Positions 31,430-41,461 are shown, counted from the first letter of the whole stretch. The stretch is DNA of 61,865 nt, filler included, from 6 parts of 6 records of this genome joined end to end with filler, not necessarily neighbours in it, one strand, 5' to 3'. The notes: generated by a model not told the origin, from the letters alone. Program-made: numbers and translations.

Positions 31430-32374
31430 TTGAAGTTTATTAAACTCGTACTTTTAACGTTAATCCTCTTGGTGGGCAGCCAGGGGATAGGACTTTGTAA
31501 AGTTGTAGACGAAACCGGGAACGGTCAGGTGGTGGCACCCGACGAGATCCCGAATCGTCCCATGCGGGACGATGCAAATCTAAAAGCAATTCAAACAGCG
31601 TTTGATAATAGTGATCCTCGGGCCAATATCAAACGATTTCCTTATGATCCCGGGATAACGTATAAAATCCGGTTGAGAGAATTCATGGGCTGCACCGTTG
31701 TTCTTCCGGATCAAGAAAAAATAGTGGGGTATACACTATTCGATAAGCACAATTTTACCTTTACCCCTCTAAGCGATAAAAATCCGGTGCTGACCCATAT
31801 TTTTGATTTATACGCGAAATTTCACGGGGCGGATACAAACCTCGTAGTGCATGGAGAATCCGGCAATATATATTCTTTTTATATTCGTGTGGATTCTGTG
31901 GACTCTGTATTTATGCCTAACCTCGTTTACTATATCGATGATCCTGACACGACCCAGGCTTTTATCAAAAAAAAAGAAGCCGCCGCAGAGGCTGAAAAGT
32001 TAGCCGCTGCCCTGGACGCTGAGGAAAAAAACGAAAAACCTAAAAAAGAAGATGCCCAGGGCAACGATTATTTAAAATCCCTTCCAACAAAGGTCGCTGC
32101 AAAGGATTTAAATTTTTCTTACATCTTCAAAGGCGGCAATGAAGATATCAAGCCGCTTCGGGTCTTTGATGATGGATATTTTACTTTTTTTCAGTTTGGC
32201 AAAGACAACATGAACGAAGTGAAAAAATTGCCTGTTATTTATAGAGTTGTGGACGGCTACGACGTTTTGGTGAATACGCGGATTTCAGGTGGTTGTCTTG
32301 TCGCTGAAAGCATTAATGAAAAATGGACATTGCGGAGCGGAGAAACTCATTACTGTATCTGGATGGATAATTGA
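31430..32374 (+). CDS. virB9: T4SS outer-membrane core protein VirB9
   Basis: Signal peptide, TNLVV, NFSY, PLRVFDDGYFTFF and LPVIY motifs. Confidence 0.92.
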   Translation: MKFIKLVLLTLILLVGSQGIGLCKVVDETGNGQVVAPDEIPNRPMRDDANLKAIQTAFDNSDPRANIKRFPYDPGITYKIRLREFMGCTVVLPDQEKIVGYTLFDKHNFTFTPLSDKNPVLTHIFDLYAKFHGADTNLVVHGESGNIYSFYIRVDSVDSVFMPNLVYYIDDPDTTQAFIKKKEAAAEAEKLAAALDAEEKNEKPKKEDAQGNDYLKSLPTKVAAKDLNFSYIFKGGNEDIKPLRVFDDGYFTFFQFGKDNMNEVKKLPVIYRVVDGYDVLVNTRISGGCLVAESINEKWTLRSGETHYCIWMDN

Positions 32375-33489
32375 ATATGTCTGAATCACCAAAAATACCG
32401 AAAAAGATAGACATCAAACGCCCGGGAATGAATTTGAAAAAGGAAGGTTTTTTTTTCCTGGGTTTGATTGTCATTTTAGGGGCGGTGATCGGATTTGCGG
32501 CATGGCAAAAAAAACAAAGAGATCAGGTGGACGATGATAGGGGAAAAATTATCATAGCTGCTGGTATTGATAAAGATTTTCTAATACGAGAAACCCCTCC
32601 TGAGCCTGAGCCGGAGCCAAAACCGGAACCAGAACCGGAACCGGAACCGGTGGCGGAAATTGTAGAAATTAAACTTCCACCCCCTCCGGAGACTAAACAA
32701 GATCCGCCAACCGCTGAACAACTATTTAAATTCCATAAACCAAAAAAAAATAAAACCCGGGTCGCAGCTCTAAATAATCGGCGGCGGGGTGCTGTTGAAA
32801 TCAATGTTAAAAATCCTAAACCCACCAGAGAAAAGTCAGTGGTAAACGAAATAACCGGCAAATGGAACGAATCAAAAACAAAAGCCAGTTTGCCTATTGA
32901 TATGAGCAGGGTTTTAACTGTGGACCGGTTTATCTCGGCAACTTTAGTCCCTGAGATAGATTCGGAATTATCCGGCAAAATAGTTGCTCAAGTAGACCAT
33001 CATATTTTTGGAGCTCATGGTCGGAAAATTTTAATTCCTGCGGGAACAAAAGCCATAGGCCGGTATAAACCCTTATCAAAAGTGGGTTTAGAACGATTAG
33101 CCGTCACATGGATTAGAATGATTACCCCTGATGGTATTAATATCCATTGTGAGGATGCCGAAATGGCCGACGCCATGGGCCGGTCCGGGATCACTGGTGA
33201 AGTTGACAGTAAATATTGGGAACGCTACGGCATGAGCCTTTTGGTATCAGCTTTTACAGCCGTAACCAGTTACAGCGTGCCTGTTAAAAACGATAGTCAA
33301 CAAGTTGTTATCGAAAGTTTTGGTAAGGAACAAAGCAGCCTGGCCAAAACCATTCTTGAAGAACACTTACAAATCAAACCGCAAGTTACAATCCCATATG
33401 GTTCAAAAATCATAATCAGTCCATCAAAAGATATCTGGTTCAAAACACTCAAAGATAACCAAATGGTTGTTATGCCTGTGGAGGGATAA
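32371..33489 (+). CDS. virB10: T4SS core protein VirB10
   Basis: TM, (PE)n linker, IDSELSG, LIPAGTKAIG and DAMGRSG motifs. Confidence 0.93.
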   Translation: MNMSESPKIPKKIDIKRPGMNLKKEGFFFLGLIVILGAVIGFAAWQKKQRDQVDDDRGKIIIAAGIDKDFLIRETPPEPEPEPKPEPEPEPEPVAEIVEIKLPPPPETKQDPPTAEQLFKFHKPKKNKTRVAALNNRRRGAVEINVKNPKPTREKSVVNEITGKWNESKTKASLPIDMSRVLTVDRFISATLVPEIDSELSGKIVAQVDHHIFGAHGRKILIPAGTKAIGRYKPLSKVGLERLAVTWIRMITPDGINIHCEDAEMADAMGRSGITGEVDSKYWERYGMSLLVSAFTAVTSYSVPVKNDSQQVVIESFGKEQSSLAKTILEEHLQIKPQVTIPYGSKIIISPSKDIWFKTLKDNQMVVMPVEG

Positions 33490-33490
33490 A

Positions 33491-35671
33491 ATGAATCAAA
33501 GAAAATTAAACTCACTTTATAAAGCTCTGGCAATTTCAATTTGCATCTTTTCAATATTTTTTCTTGTTGTTCCTTTCGGCCTGGCCGTAAATGATTCGGA
33601 TGAAATTTCCGACGCTGACGGCAAGATTATAAAACTTAATTTGATCAGCGAAATTAAAGAAAAAGTTTCAACCGATGCCGGAAGTATGTTTGTAGATCTT
33701 ACCCCTGAAGCTGTTAAGATCGGTCTTCCAGATGCCCGTTTATATGGATCGGTAAAGCAAGAACAATTAGTAGACCAATCTACCAGAATGTATATCAATT
33801 GGCACAGCCTTGGAATTCCCACAAGCCAGGGGGAACCGTTGATTGACACACTGGACAACCCTTTAAGGTCCCAGGTTCGGACAGAAGACGAGAAAATTAA
33901 TGTCGGGGAAATTATAACGGCTCAAGGTGATTTGGACGCTCTTATAGAAAAATTTTTAGAACTCAAAGAGCAAGCAGAAAAAAAATCTCCTACAACGGTT
34001 ATTGAAGAAGAGGAAGAAGACGAGAACGATAAAAACAGTTTATCAGCAGATGGGACAGGATCATCCAGCGGGGCCGGTGGTGATTATGATACGGGTTTGG
34101 ACTCTGCATCCGATTTCAGCACCAACATGGTTACCTCATCTTGGGAGGATTGCGAACCCAGGATTGCCCAGGATGAGGGGAAAGTATACCGCCAGGCTCG
34201 CCAGGTTGAAACCGATGAAGAAGGAAACACCGTATCAATTGGGCAATGTACTGACCATGGGGGGTCTGTCGAAGTTTTGAAAGCTTACGGTTCCCCTTGC
34301 GATGTTATTTATGATTATACGAACGGGAAAGCATATGAACAATATCATGAATGGGCTGAATTAGACGGGCGGACCGTTGCTGTAACCAACTGTTCCAACG
34401 ACTTTACACGGTCTTATGACATTTACGGTAAAAAAAATGCGTGCGGCGTAAGACATGACTTTGAAGCTGGCCGGTCCATTGTTCAGGAACAGCTTTTTTA
34501 TATGAATAATGATGGTGAAGAAATTCAAATCACCGAATGCATTGATTCTGATAAAGCATATGCCCATTATCTTACCGAAGCCACTTGCAGCCCATATATT
34601 GATCAGGTTAACAACACGGTCACAATTTATAAAAGAACAGCTTATACCCTGGATGACGGAACGATAGAGTATGCGTCCGATTGCCGGGCTGTGGACGGTG
34701 GTACTAGAGAGCTTTTTGAATCTTACTGCGACCAGAAATACGAGCATGATTTTACAGCAGGGCAAAGCTATTACAGGACAAAAGATTACTATCTTAATGA
34801 TAATAATGATCCCGTATATCTGACTGAGTGTACACGCAGCACAACGACATCATTTCCCCATATATATAATGCTTCGGGGTGCGAAACTGTCAACGATGAT
34901 GAAAATTTAAGAAGTGTTCAATATACGTCCACGTCCATTGAAACCCCGGATGATGGGATAATGGAAATATCGCCTTGCCAGGATAACGGAACAACTATTC
35001 CGTACACCTATATGGGCATTGAAAACAGATCTGCCGTTTTCACAAGTTCGGGAACCTGGACGGTTCCGAATACCGTTAAAAAGATTACTGTAACCCTTGT
35101 TGCCGGTGGTGGAAAAGGGGGAAATGGTGGGCCTTGGTCTTATAACTCATCCCAAGATGGTTATGGAAAAAATGGCGGGGATGGTGCTGGTGACTTTGGC
35201 GGTGGTGGTGGCGGCGGTGCTGGTGGTGAAATTCTTGAAAATAAAAGCGTAACAGTAAGCCCAGGAAGTAATATTACCGTTACAATTGGGTCATCAAACC
35301 AGAATTCTACATTTGGCAGCTATTTAACCGCAAGAATGGGATACGGTTCAAGTGGGTCTAATGGAACAGAGGGTAGTAGTATTCGTGGCGGGAATGGCGG
35401 TAGAGGTGGCGCTGGATATGGAACCCTCAAATTAGCCAAAGACGGCGGAGACGCATGTGGTAGTACATGCTCAGCTGATACAGGAGGAACCGCCGGAATT
35501 GGATACGGGGCAGGCGGCGGTGGTGGTGCCGGTGCCAGTTCACCGTCATTTATTTATTATAACAGAGGTGCAGGCGGTAACGGTGCTCCTGGGTATTGTA
35601 AAGTTACCTGGACAGTTAATGTCTATAAAAGGGCAGACGGCACCTTATATGAAGGCCAAGTACAATGGTAA
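33491..35671 (+). CDS. Secreted modular protein: six ~48-aa two-Cys repeats plus C-terminal glycine-rich tail-fibre-like domain (putative T4SS adhesin)
   Basis: Likely start ATG 33491; signal peptide; repeats at 34142-35015; FTSSGTWTVP...VAGGGKGG...GGNGAPGYCKVTW at 35033-35611. Confidence 0.75.
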   Translation: MNQRKLNSLYKALAISICIFSIFFLVVPFGLAVNDSDEISDADGKIIKLNLISEIKEKVSTDAGSMFVDLTPEAVKIGLPDARLYGSVKQEQLVDQSTRMYINWHSLGIPTSQGEPLIDTLDNPLRSQVRTEDEKINVGEIITAQGDLDALIEKFLELKEQAEKKSPTTVIEEEEEDENDKNSLSADGTGSSSGAGGDYDTGLDSASDFSTNMVTSSWEDCEPRIAQDEGKVYRQARQVETDEEGNTVSIGQCTDHGGSVEVLKAYGSPCDVIYDYTNGKAYEQYHEWAELDGRTVAVTNCSNDFTRSYDIYGKKNACGVRHDFEAGRSIVQEQLFYMNNDGEEIQITECIDSDKAYAHYLTEATCSPYIDQVNNTVTIYKRTAYTLDDGTIEYASDCRAVDGGTRELFESYCDQKYEHDFTAGQSYYRTKDYYLNDNNDPVYLTECTRSTTTSFPHIYNASGCETVNDDENLRSVQYTSTSIETPDDGIMEISPCQDNGTTIPYTYMGIENRSAVFTSSGTWTVPNTVKKITVTLVAGGGKGGNGGPWSYNSSQDGYGKNGGDGAGDFGGGGGGGAGGEILENKSVTVSPGSNITVTIGSSNQNSTFGSYLTARMGYGSSGSNGTEGSSIRGGNGGRGGAGYGTLKLAKDGGDACGSTCSADTGGTAGIGYGAGGGGGAGASSPSFIYYNRGAGGNGAPGYCKVTWTVNVYKRADGTLYEGQVQW

Positions 35672-35675
35672 TGAT

Positions 35676-36572
35676 ATGAGCGTACTATTAAAACAGCATC
35701 TAAAACCCCTTGAAAAGTATTTCCGGATAAAGAACGTGGTCGAGTTATGCATTAATGAGCCTGGCCGGATCTGGATAGAAACCCTGGACGGATGGCAGGA
35801 AAAAAAAGATTCTGCCTTAAGTTTGCAATCATTGGAATATATGGTTACTGCCCTGGCCACAGCCAAAGGGCAAAAGTTCAGCGAAAAGACCCCGTTTCTT
35901 GCAACGGCGATACCTGATCTTGGTTATAGAATTCAGGCCGTTGGCAGCGGCTTGGCTGACTCCGGAATAACAATCTCTATCCGGATTGCCCAGGCCCAAA
36001 GGTTTAAGCTGGAATCCTATATGCCCAAAACCGATGCCCAGGAATTAAAAGCGGCCATCAAGACCGGTAAAACGGTCTTGGTAGCCGGTGGCACATCCTC
36101 TGGTAAAACCACGCTTTTAAACTCTGCTATTCAATATATCCCTGAATCCGCCCGGCTGGTGGTGATTGAAGATACAAAAGAATTGGTTGTAGACCAACCC
36201 AATACCGTCCGGTGGTTGAAGTCAAAAACAGGGACAGACATAGCAAGAATTACTTATCCGGATATCATAAATTCGGCCATGAGGGTGCGGCCTGATCGCA
36301 TCCTCATGGGGGAATTAGATATTCAAAACACCGCCCCTTTCCTGCGGCTGCTTAACGCTGGTCATGCGGGATCGATGGCAACGGTTCACGCCAACGGCAC
36401 GAAAGAGGCAATTGACGCTCTTGTTATGAACGCCCAATTATCCGGGATGCAAGGTGGCCCGGATCTGGTCACACAATATGCCACCAAAGCCTTAGACATA
36501 ATTATATATATCGAACGGCAAAACAGACGAAGTTTCAAAGCCATTGCAGAATATTTGGAGGATGCAGCATGA
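35676..36572 (+). CDS. virB11: T4SS traffic ATPase VirB11
   Basis: ELCINEPG, GGTSSGKTT, IEDTKEL, RPDRILMGE and GHAGSMATVHAN motifs; start moved to ATG 35676. Confidence 0.93.
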   Translation: MSVLLKQHLKPLEKYFRIKNVVELCINEPGRIWIETLDGWQEKKDSALSLQSLEYMVTALATAKGQKFSEKTPFLATAIPDLGYRIQAVGSGLADSGITISIRIAQAQRFKLESYMPKTDAQELKAAIKTGKTVLVAGGTSSGKTTLLNSAIQYIPESARLVVIEDTKELVVDQPNTVRWLKSKTGTDIARITYPDIINSAMRVRPDRILMGELDIQNTAPFLRLLNAGHAGSMATVHANGTKEAIDALVMNAQLSGMQGGPDLVTQYATKALDIIIYIERQNRRSFKAIAEYLEDAA

Positions 36573-38548
36573 AGCAAGCTCTATGTCATCTTATAGACCT
36601 TTCAACAATACTTGTTTTTTATCTAATTTTTTGGGCTGCGGTTATCTTTTTTGGTGGGTATCATTTGTCTTGGGATAATCTCTATATAGGTGCCCCGTTT
36701 ATTGCCATAAAAGAGTTGCCATTCCCATATCCCAATTGGTTTAAATACTCTTTTTTGGCCGCTTTGAGCTTGGCCGTTCTTATTCCTTTATTTAATCCGT
36801 TTCGGTCAAAATCAGGTAAATATGGCAGTGCCCATTTTGCCACGGAAAAAGAAATAAAAAAAATGAATCTGCGGGATGATCAAGGAATAATCCTTGCGGT
36901 TAAAGGCAAAAAGTATATCCGGACAAATGAACCCTTGTCCGTAAATATTTATGCGCCTCCTGGAACCGGTAAAACCGCCTCTATTATTATTCCCACATTA
37001 ATATCATGCTCAAATTCAATGATTGTTCATGATCCTAAAGGGGAATTATACGCCAAAACCCATAAGCGCCGGTCGGAGTTCTCAAGAATTGTTAAATTCT
37101 CCCCAGGGGAACGGGGATCTCTACGGTGGAATCCTTTATCCAAAGAAGAATTGCCAAGGGAATGGGCAGATATCCAGGTCCACGTTGACCGGGTCTCACA
37201 AACTGTTATTCCAGACAACCCGAAAAACCCCGGGGATCATTGGCCCAGGGCAGGCCGTAATTTTTTCATGTTTTGGGCTCTGTTTCTAATTCACAGGGAC
37301 GGAGAAACTTCTCTTCCTGACATATTAAAAGAACCCTACCAAACAGATGATATGAGGAATCATATAGCCGAAATTATAGACGAATACGGGGATAATCTTC
37401 CTGAACGTGTTCTTTTTGAGGGGAACGGTCTGTTGCAGACAGCTGAGGCAGAGTTCGGCAGCATACAAAGCACATTTAAAACGAATTTAAGCGTATTTTT
37501 TGACGAGCGTGTGGATCAAAACCTGTCCGGCAGCGATTTTGCCCTGAAGGATCTGAGGACAGAACGAACAACTATTTATCTGACCGTAAAAAACAATGAT
37601 CAATCCAGGCTTAAAAGCCTTTTGGGTCTGTTTTTTGAAACCTGTACAAATGCAATGCTTGACCATGAACCCACCAAAGACGAATACAGGGTAACAGCCC
37701 TTATCGATGAGGCGGCCCGGATTGCTAAAATGCAAGAATTGATAAACATGCCAGCTATCGGGCGGTCCTATAAATTTAATGCTATTTTTGTTTGGCAGTC
37801 CCCTGGCCAGGTAATGAAAATTTATGGGAAAGAGGACACCAAAGAACTGCTAAACACCTGCGCCTATCACGTTTATTTCACACAGAATGATCCTGAATTT
37901 GCAGAGCAAATATCAAAATCAATCGGGGATCTGACCCGGGATAAAATCAGTGAAGGCGAAAACAAGGGATTCCGCCGCAGTAAAAATATATCCAAAGAGG
38001 GGTATAAACTTATGACGGCTCAAGACGTTATGAGTATGCCTGTGGGTAAAATCCTGGTCATGATGCAGTATCATTTTAAAACGCCTATCCTGACGGATGC
38101 GTCTTTTTGGTTTAAAGATCCTGCATTAAAAGCCCACGTCGAAGATGTTGACTATAAAGATCTTTCCGAAGAACCGTCCCAAACCTTGAATGAAGCCCCC
38201 AAGGCAACCATTTCACCTGTTCCGGTCCTGGCTGCTGATCCGGATCCGGGAGGGCAGGGTGGTGAACCCCATGAGGAAGACCAGGACCAGGCAGATGAAG
38301 AAACCGAAATAGTTTTAAGCGTGTCTGATTTTGTTGGTGAAGATCCAGACACGGATATTACAGAAGAAGAGTCAATTATTGACTCTGACGAAGAACCCGA
38401 GTTTTCCGAAGACATGGACTTGGATGATCTCATGGAATGGAAGGAACCGGAAGAAAACGAATTCTCTCCGGAACCTGATTTTTCTATGGATGATGTCATG
38501 TCTAATTTTGACGAAGACGAAGACGAAGACGAATGCCCCCGGCCATAG
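36569..38548 (+). CDS. virD4: Type IV coupling protein VirD4/TraG with acidic C-terminal tail
   Basis: N-terminal TMs, YGSAHFA, APPGTGKT, HDPKGE, WNPL and LIDE motifs. Confidence 0.93.
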   Translation: MKQALCHLIDLSTILVFYLIFWAAVIFFGGYHLSWDNLYIGAPFIAIKELPFPYPNWFKYSFLAALSLAVLIPLFNPFRSKSGKYGSAHFATEKEIKKMNLRDDQGIILAVKGKKYIRTNEPLSVNIYAPPGTGKTASIIIPTLISCSNSMIVHDPKGELYAKTHKRRSEFSRIVKFSPGERGSLRWNPLSKEELPREWADIQVHVDRVSQTVIPDNPKNPGDHWPRAGRNFFMFWALFLIHRDGETSLPDILKEPYQTDDMRNHIAEIIDEYGDNLPERVLFEGNGLLQTAEAEFGSIQSTFKTNLSVFFDERVDQNLSGSDFALKDLRTERTTIYLTVKNNDQSRLKSLLGLFFETCTNAMLDHEPTKDEYRVTALIDEAARIAKMQELINMPAIGRSYKFNAIFVWQSPGQVMKIYGKEDTKELLNTCAYHVYFTQNDPEFAEQISKSIGDLTRDKISEGENKGFRRSKNISKEGYKLMTAQDVMSMPVGKILVMMQYHFKTPILTDASFWFKDPALKAHVEDVDYKDLSEEPSQTLNEAPKATISPVPVLAADPDPGGQGGEPHEEDQDQADEETEIVLSVSDFVGEDPDTDITEEESIIDSDEEPEFSEDMDLDDLMEWKEPEENEFSPEPDFSMDDVMSNFDEDEDEDECPRP

Positions 38549-38591
38549 CTGGGAAAAAATATTAATTTTTCATCCTGGGCAGAGGATAAAG

Positions 38592-38888
38592 ATGAAATCA
38601 GAAGCAAGGACAAAAGTACGTGAAGTTTATCGCAAAGGAGCTTTAATTCTAAAGCTCTGTTTCAACGAAAAATTTAGGCTGCATAACACTACCGGCCCGG
38701 CGTTTACCCGTTATAAAAAAAATGGTCAACCGGACTGTGAACAATATCTTGTTAACGGTCGGCGGCATCGGGAGGATGGACCGGCTGTCATTCGATATAA
38801 GCCCGACGGAAAAATATCATATGCCGAAAATTGGCTAAACGGAGACTTTTACGGATCAACAGATTTAGAGAAAAAGGAGATTGGGTAA
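38592..38888 (+). CDS. Small beta-hairpin repeat protein (HREDGPA / MORN-like)
   Basis: GAGGA RBS, ATG 38592; two repeats LHNTTGPA and RHREDGPA. Confidence 0.7.
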   Translation: MKSEARTKVREVYRKGALILKLCFNEKFRLHNTTGPAFTRYKKNGQPDCEQYLVNGRRHREDGPAVIRYKPDGKISYAENWLNGDFYGSTDLEKKEIG

Positions 38889-38889
38889 T

Positions 38890-40791
38890 ATGAAAGTTGT
38901 ATTAGCTGAAAAACCGAGCCAGGGTAGGGACTATGCCAAAGTTTTAGGCTGCACCGAAAAACATAATGGATATATTACTGGCAACGGCTATACCGTTACA
39001 TGGGCTATTGGCCACCTGGTTTCAATGGATCGCCCCCAGGAGATGGGCCAGGCTAAAAATATGTCTGATCTTCCTGTAATAAAAGAAACGCCCGGATTCC
39101 GGGTTGTTGAAGATAAAAAGAGTCAATTTTCAGTTATTGAAAGCCTTTTTAATGATCCGGACACCGAAGAAATTATATGCGGGACCGATGCAGGAAGGGA
39201 AGGCGAACATATTTTCAGGCTGATCTATGATCAAGCCGGATGCACAAAGCCTGTAAAAAGGCTTTGGATATCAAGTTTGACACCAGCAGCACTTAAAAAA
39301 GGCTTTGACGCTTTGCGCCCGGGAGATGATTATAAAAACCTGGCCGCTGCCGCCATGTGCCGGGCTAAAGCTGATATGCACGTGGGCCTAAATTTTTCTA
39401 TTGCCCACAGCATCCATAACCGGCAAAAAGTTACCACCGGCAGGGTCCAGACTCCCACCTTGGCGATTGTGGCTCAAAGGGAACTGGATATTAAAAATTT
39501 TAAATCTAATTTTTATTATGAAATTTTGGCCGATCTGGACGGTTTCAAAGCAAAATATGTGAATTCCGAAGGAAAACACGCCATAGAAGATAAAGCTGCG
39601 GCCCAGACTATTTTTGACGGCATTAAAAATGCTAAAATCGCCACGGTAATAAAGAGAGAAGGAAAAACAAAATCCCAAAAAGCCCCGGCCCTGTATAGCC
39701 TGTTGACGCTTCAAGTGGATGCTAATAAATTGTTTGGGCTAACCGCAGACCAAACCCTAAAAATTGCCCAATCCCTTTACGAGTCCCGTAAATTAATTTC
39801 TTATCCCAGGACAGAAAGCAACCATTTGAGTACGGATATGGTGGATGGTCTTCCGGATATCATAAAAAATCTTCCGGATCTTTGCGGAAACTCTGTTGAT
39901 ACTGCTTTAGACCGGCTTAACGATGGTCTTTCCCTGGGTAAAGGATATGTTGACGATACCAAACTTACCGACCATCATGCAATTATACCCACCGGGGAAG
40001 CTGCTACCATTGACGACTTATCCATGGATGAAAGAAATCTTTATCTTTTGGTGTGTGAAAGGTTTTTGTCCATTTTCTTGCCGGAGTGTGTCTCTGAAAT
40101 TACCAAAGTTGACTTAAGTATTGAAGATCAAATTTTCAGGACATCAGGGTCAATCATAACCGATCCCGGGTGGAGGAGTGCTTTAATCATTAATAAAGCC
40201 AAAACAGAAAAAACGGAAACACTCCCGGACCTGGAAGAAAACCAGGCCATAGACATTAAAAAAATTGACTTAGATAAGAAAAAAACAAAGCCCCCGGCCC
40301 GGTTTAATGATGCCTCTTTGCTTAAAGCAATGAAAGCAGCCGGTAAAATGGTGGATGATAAAGACCTGGCCTCATACATGAAAGAAAATGGAATAGGAAC
40401 GTCAGCGACAAGAGGCGGTATCATTGAAAAGCTTATGGCAATAGGATACCTGGCCAGGGAAAAAAAGGCCATTATTCCAACGGATAAAGGATTACAACGT
40501 TTTCTTTCCGAACTTCCTGAATTGAAAAGCCCAAAATTAACCGGGGAATGGGAGCAAAAATTAAAACTCATTGAATCAGGAGAGTATGACCCGGATAAGT
40601 TTGACCAGGAGATAGAATCCTTTATCAAAAAACTGATTCCTCAGGTGGAGAAAACCAAAAAGATTGAACGTGCCTCCTTCGGCACCTGCCCCGTTTGCGG
40701 CAAAGGAGAGATTATCGACGGCGGTAAAGGGTTTGGCTGCTCAGAATATAATAACGGCTGTAAATTCGTAATTTGGAAGAACATCGCCGGT
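38890..40791 (+). CDS. topB: DNA topoisomerase III, plasmid type, 3' truncated
   Basis: AEKPS, TWAIGHL, DAGREGE, GRVQTPT and ISYPRT motifs, plus CPVCG zinc ribbon. Confidence 0.93.
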
Positions 40792-40891
40792 NNNNNNNNN
40801 NNNNNNNNNNNNNNNNNNNNNNNNNNNNNNNNNNNTTAATTAATTAANNNNNNNNNNNNNNNNNNNNNNNNNNNNNNNNNNNNNNNNNNNN
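40792..40891. other. Artificial contig spacer
   Basis: N44-TTAATTAATTAA-N44. Confidence 0.98.
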
Positions 40892-40952
40892 GTTGGTAAA
40901 TTTTAAAAGTTCCATGGCCCTAATACAGGTAATTACATACAAGGAGGAAGCC

Positions 40953-41402
40953 ATGAATGTTGGGGAAGTTTGCAATCGCGAAGTGATTATTATCGACAGG
41001 GAAGGTTCCATCCGTGAAGCAGCCGGACTCATGCGAGAATACCACGTCGGTAATGTCGTAGTTGTCGAAGAGAAGAACGAAGAACGTTTTCCGGTCGGCA
41101 TTCTGACCGACAGAGACATCGTGCTTGAATTAATTGCTCTTGATGTCGACATAAACGCCGTCACGGTTGGCGATGCCATGAGTTTCGAATTAATAACCGC
41201 CAGGGAAGAAGACGACGTTATGGAGACAATCAAGCGAATGCGCCACAAAGGAGTGCGTCGTATACCGGTTGTAAACAATCGCGGCGGTCTGGAAGGCATA
41301 CTTGCGGTGGATGACCTTATAGATCTACTCTCCGAACAATTGACGGACCTTGCAAGACTGGTCATGGGGGAACAGCAGCGGGAAAGCGAAAAACGCCTGT
41401 GA
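40953..41402 (+). CDS. CBS-domain pair protein
   Basis: AAGGAGG RBS, ATG 40953; PVGILTDRDIV and VRRIPVV motifs. Confidence 0.92.
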   Translation: MNVGEVCNREVIIIDREGSIREAAGLMREYHVGNVVVVEEKNEERFPVGILTDRDIVLELIALDVDINAVTVGDAMSFELITAREEDDVMETIKRMRHKGVRRIPVVNNRGGLEGILAVDDLIDLLSEQLTDLARLVMGEQQRESEKRL

Positions 41403-41461
41403 CACTTAGTGCATAACGGCATAAATGACAATCTCTATCAAAAAGGGGCTTCCGACAGAAC

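Larger units (their letters stand above)
20901..40791. mobile_element. Conjugative plasmid backbone (partial): par locus, iteron origin, rep, VirB/VirD4 T4SS, topB
   Basis: Iterons, Rep, short ParA, ordered virB2-B11, virD4 and topoisomerase III on one contig with no housekeeping genes. Confidence 0.88.

Noticed and set aside
32599-32649. CCGGAA-type hexamer repeats
   Set aside because: They encode the ordinary Pro-Glu linker of VirB10
35457-35675. N-terminal extensions in the ORF track (VirB11 from 35457; likewise VirB2, VirB3, bactofilin, 38331 ORF)
   Set aside because: They overlap upstream genes; downstream ATGs with RBS or stop-start coupling fit better
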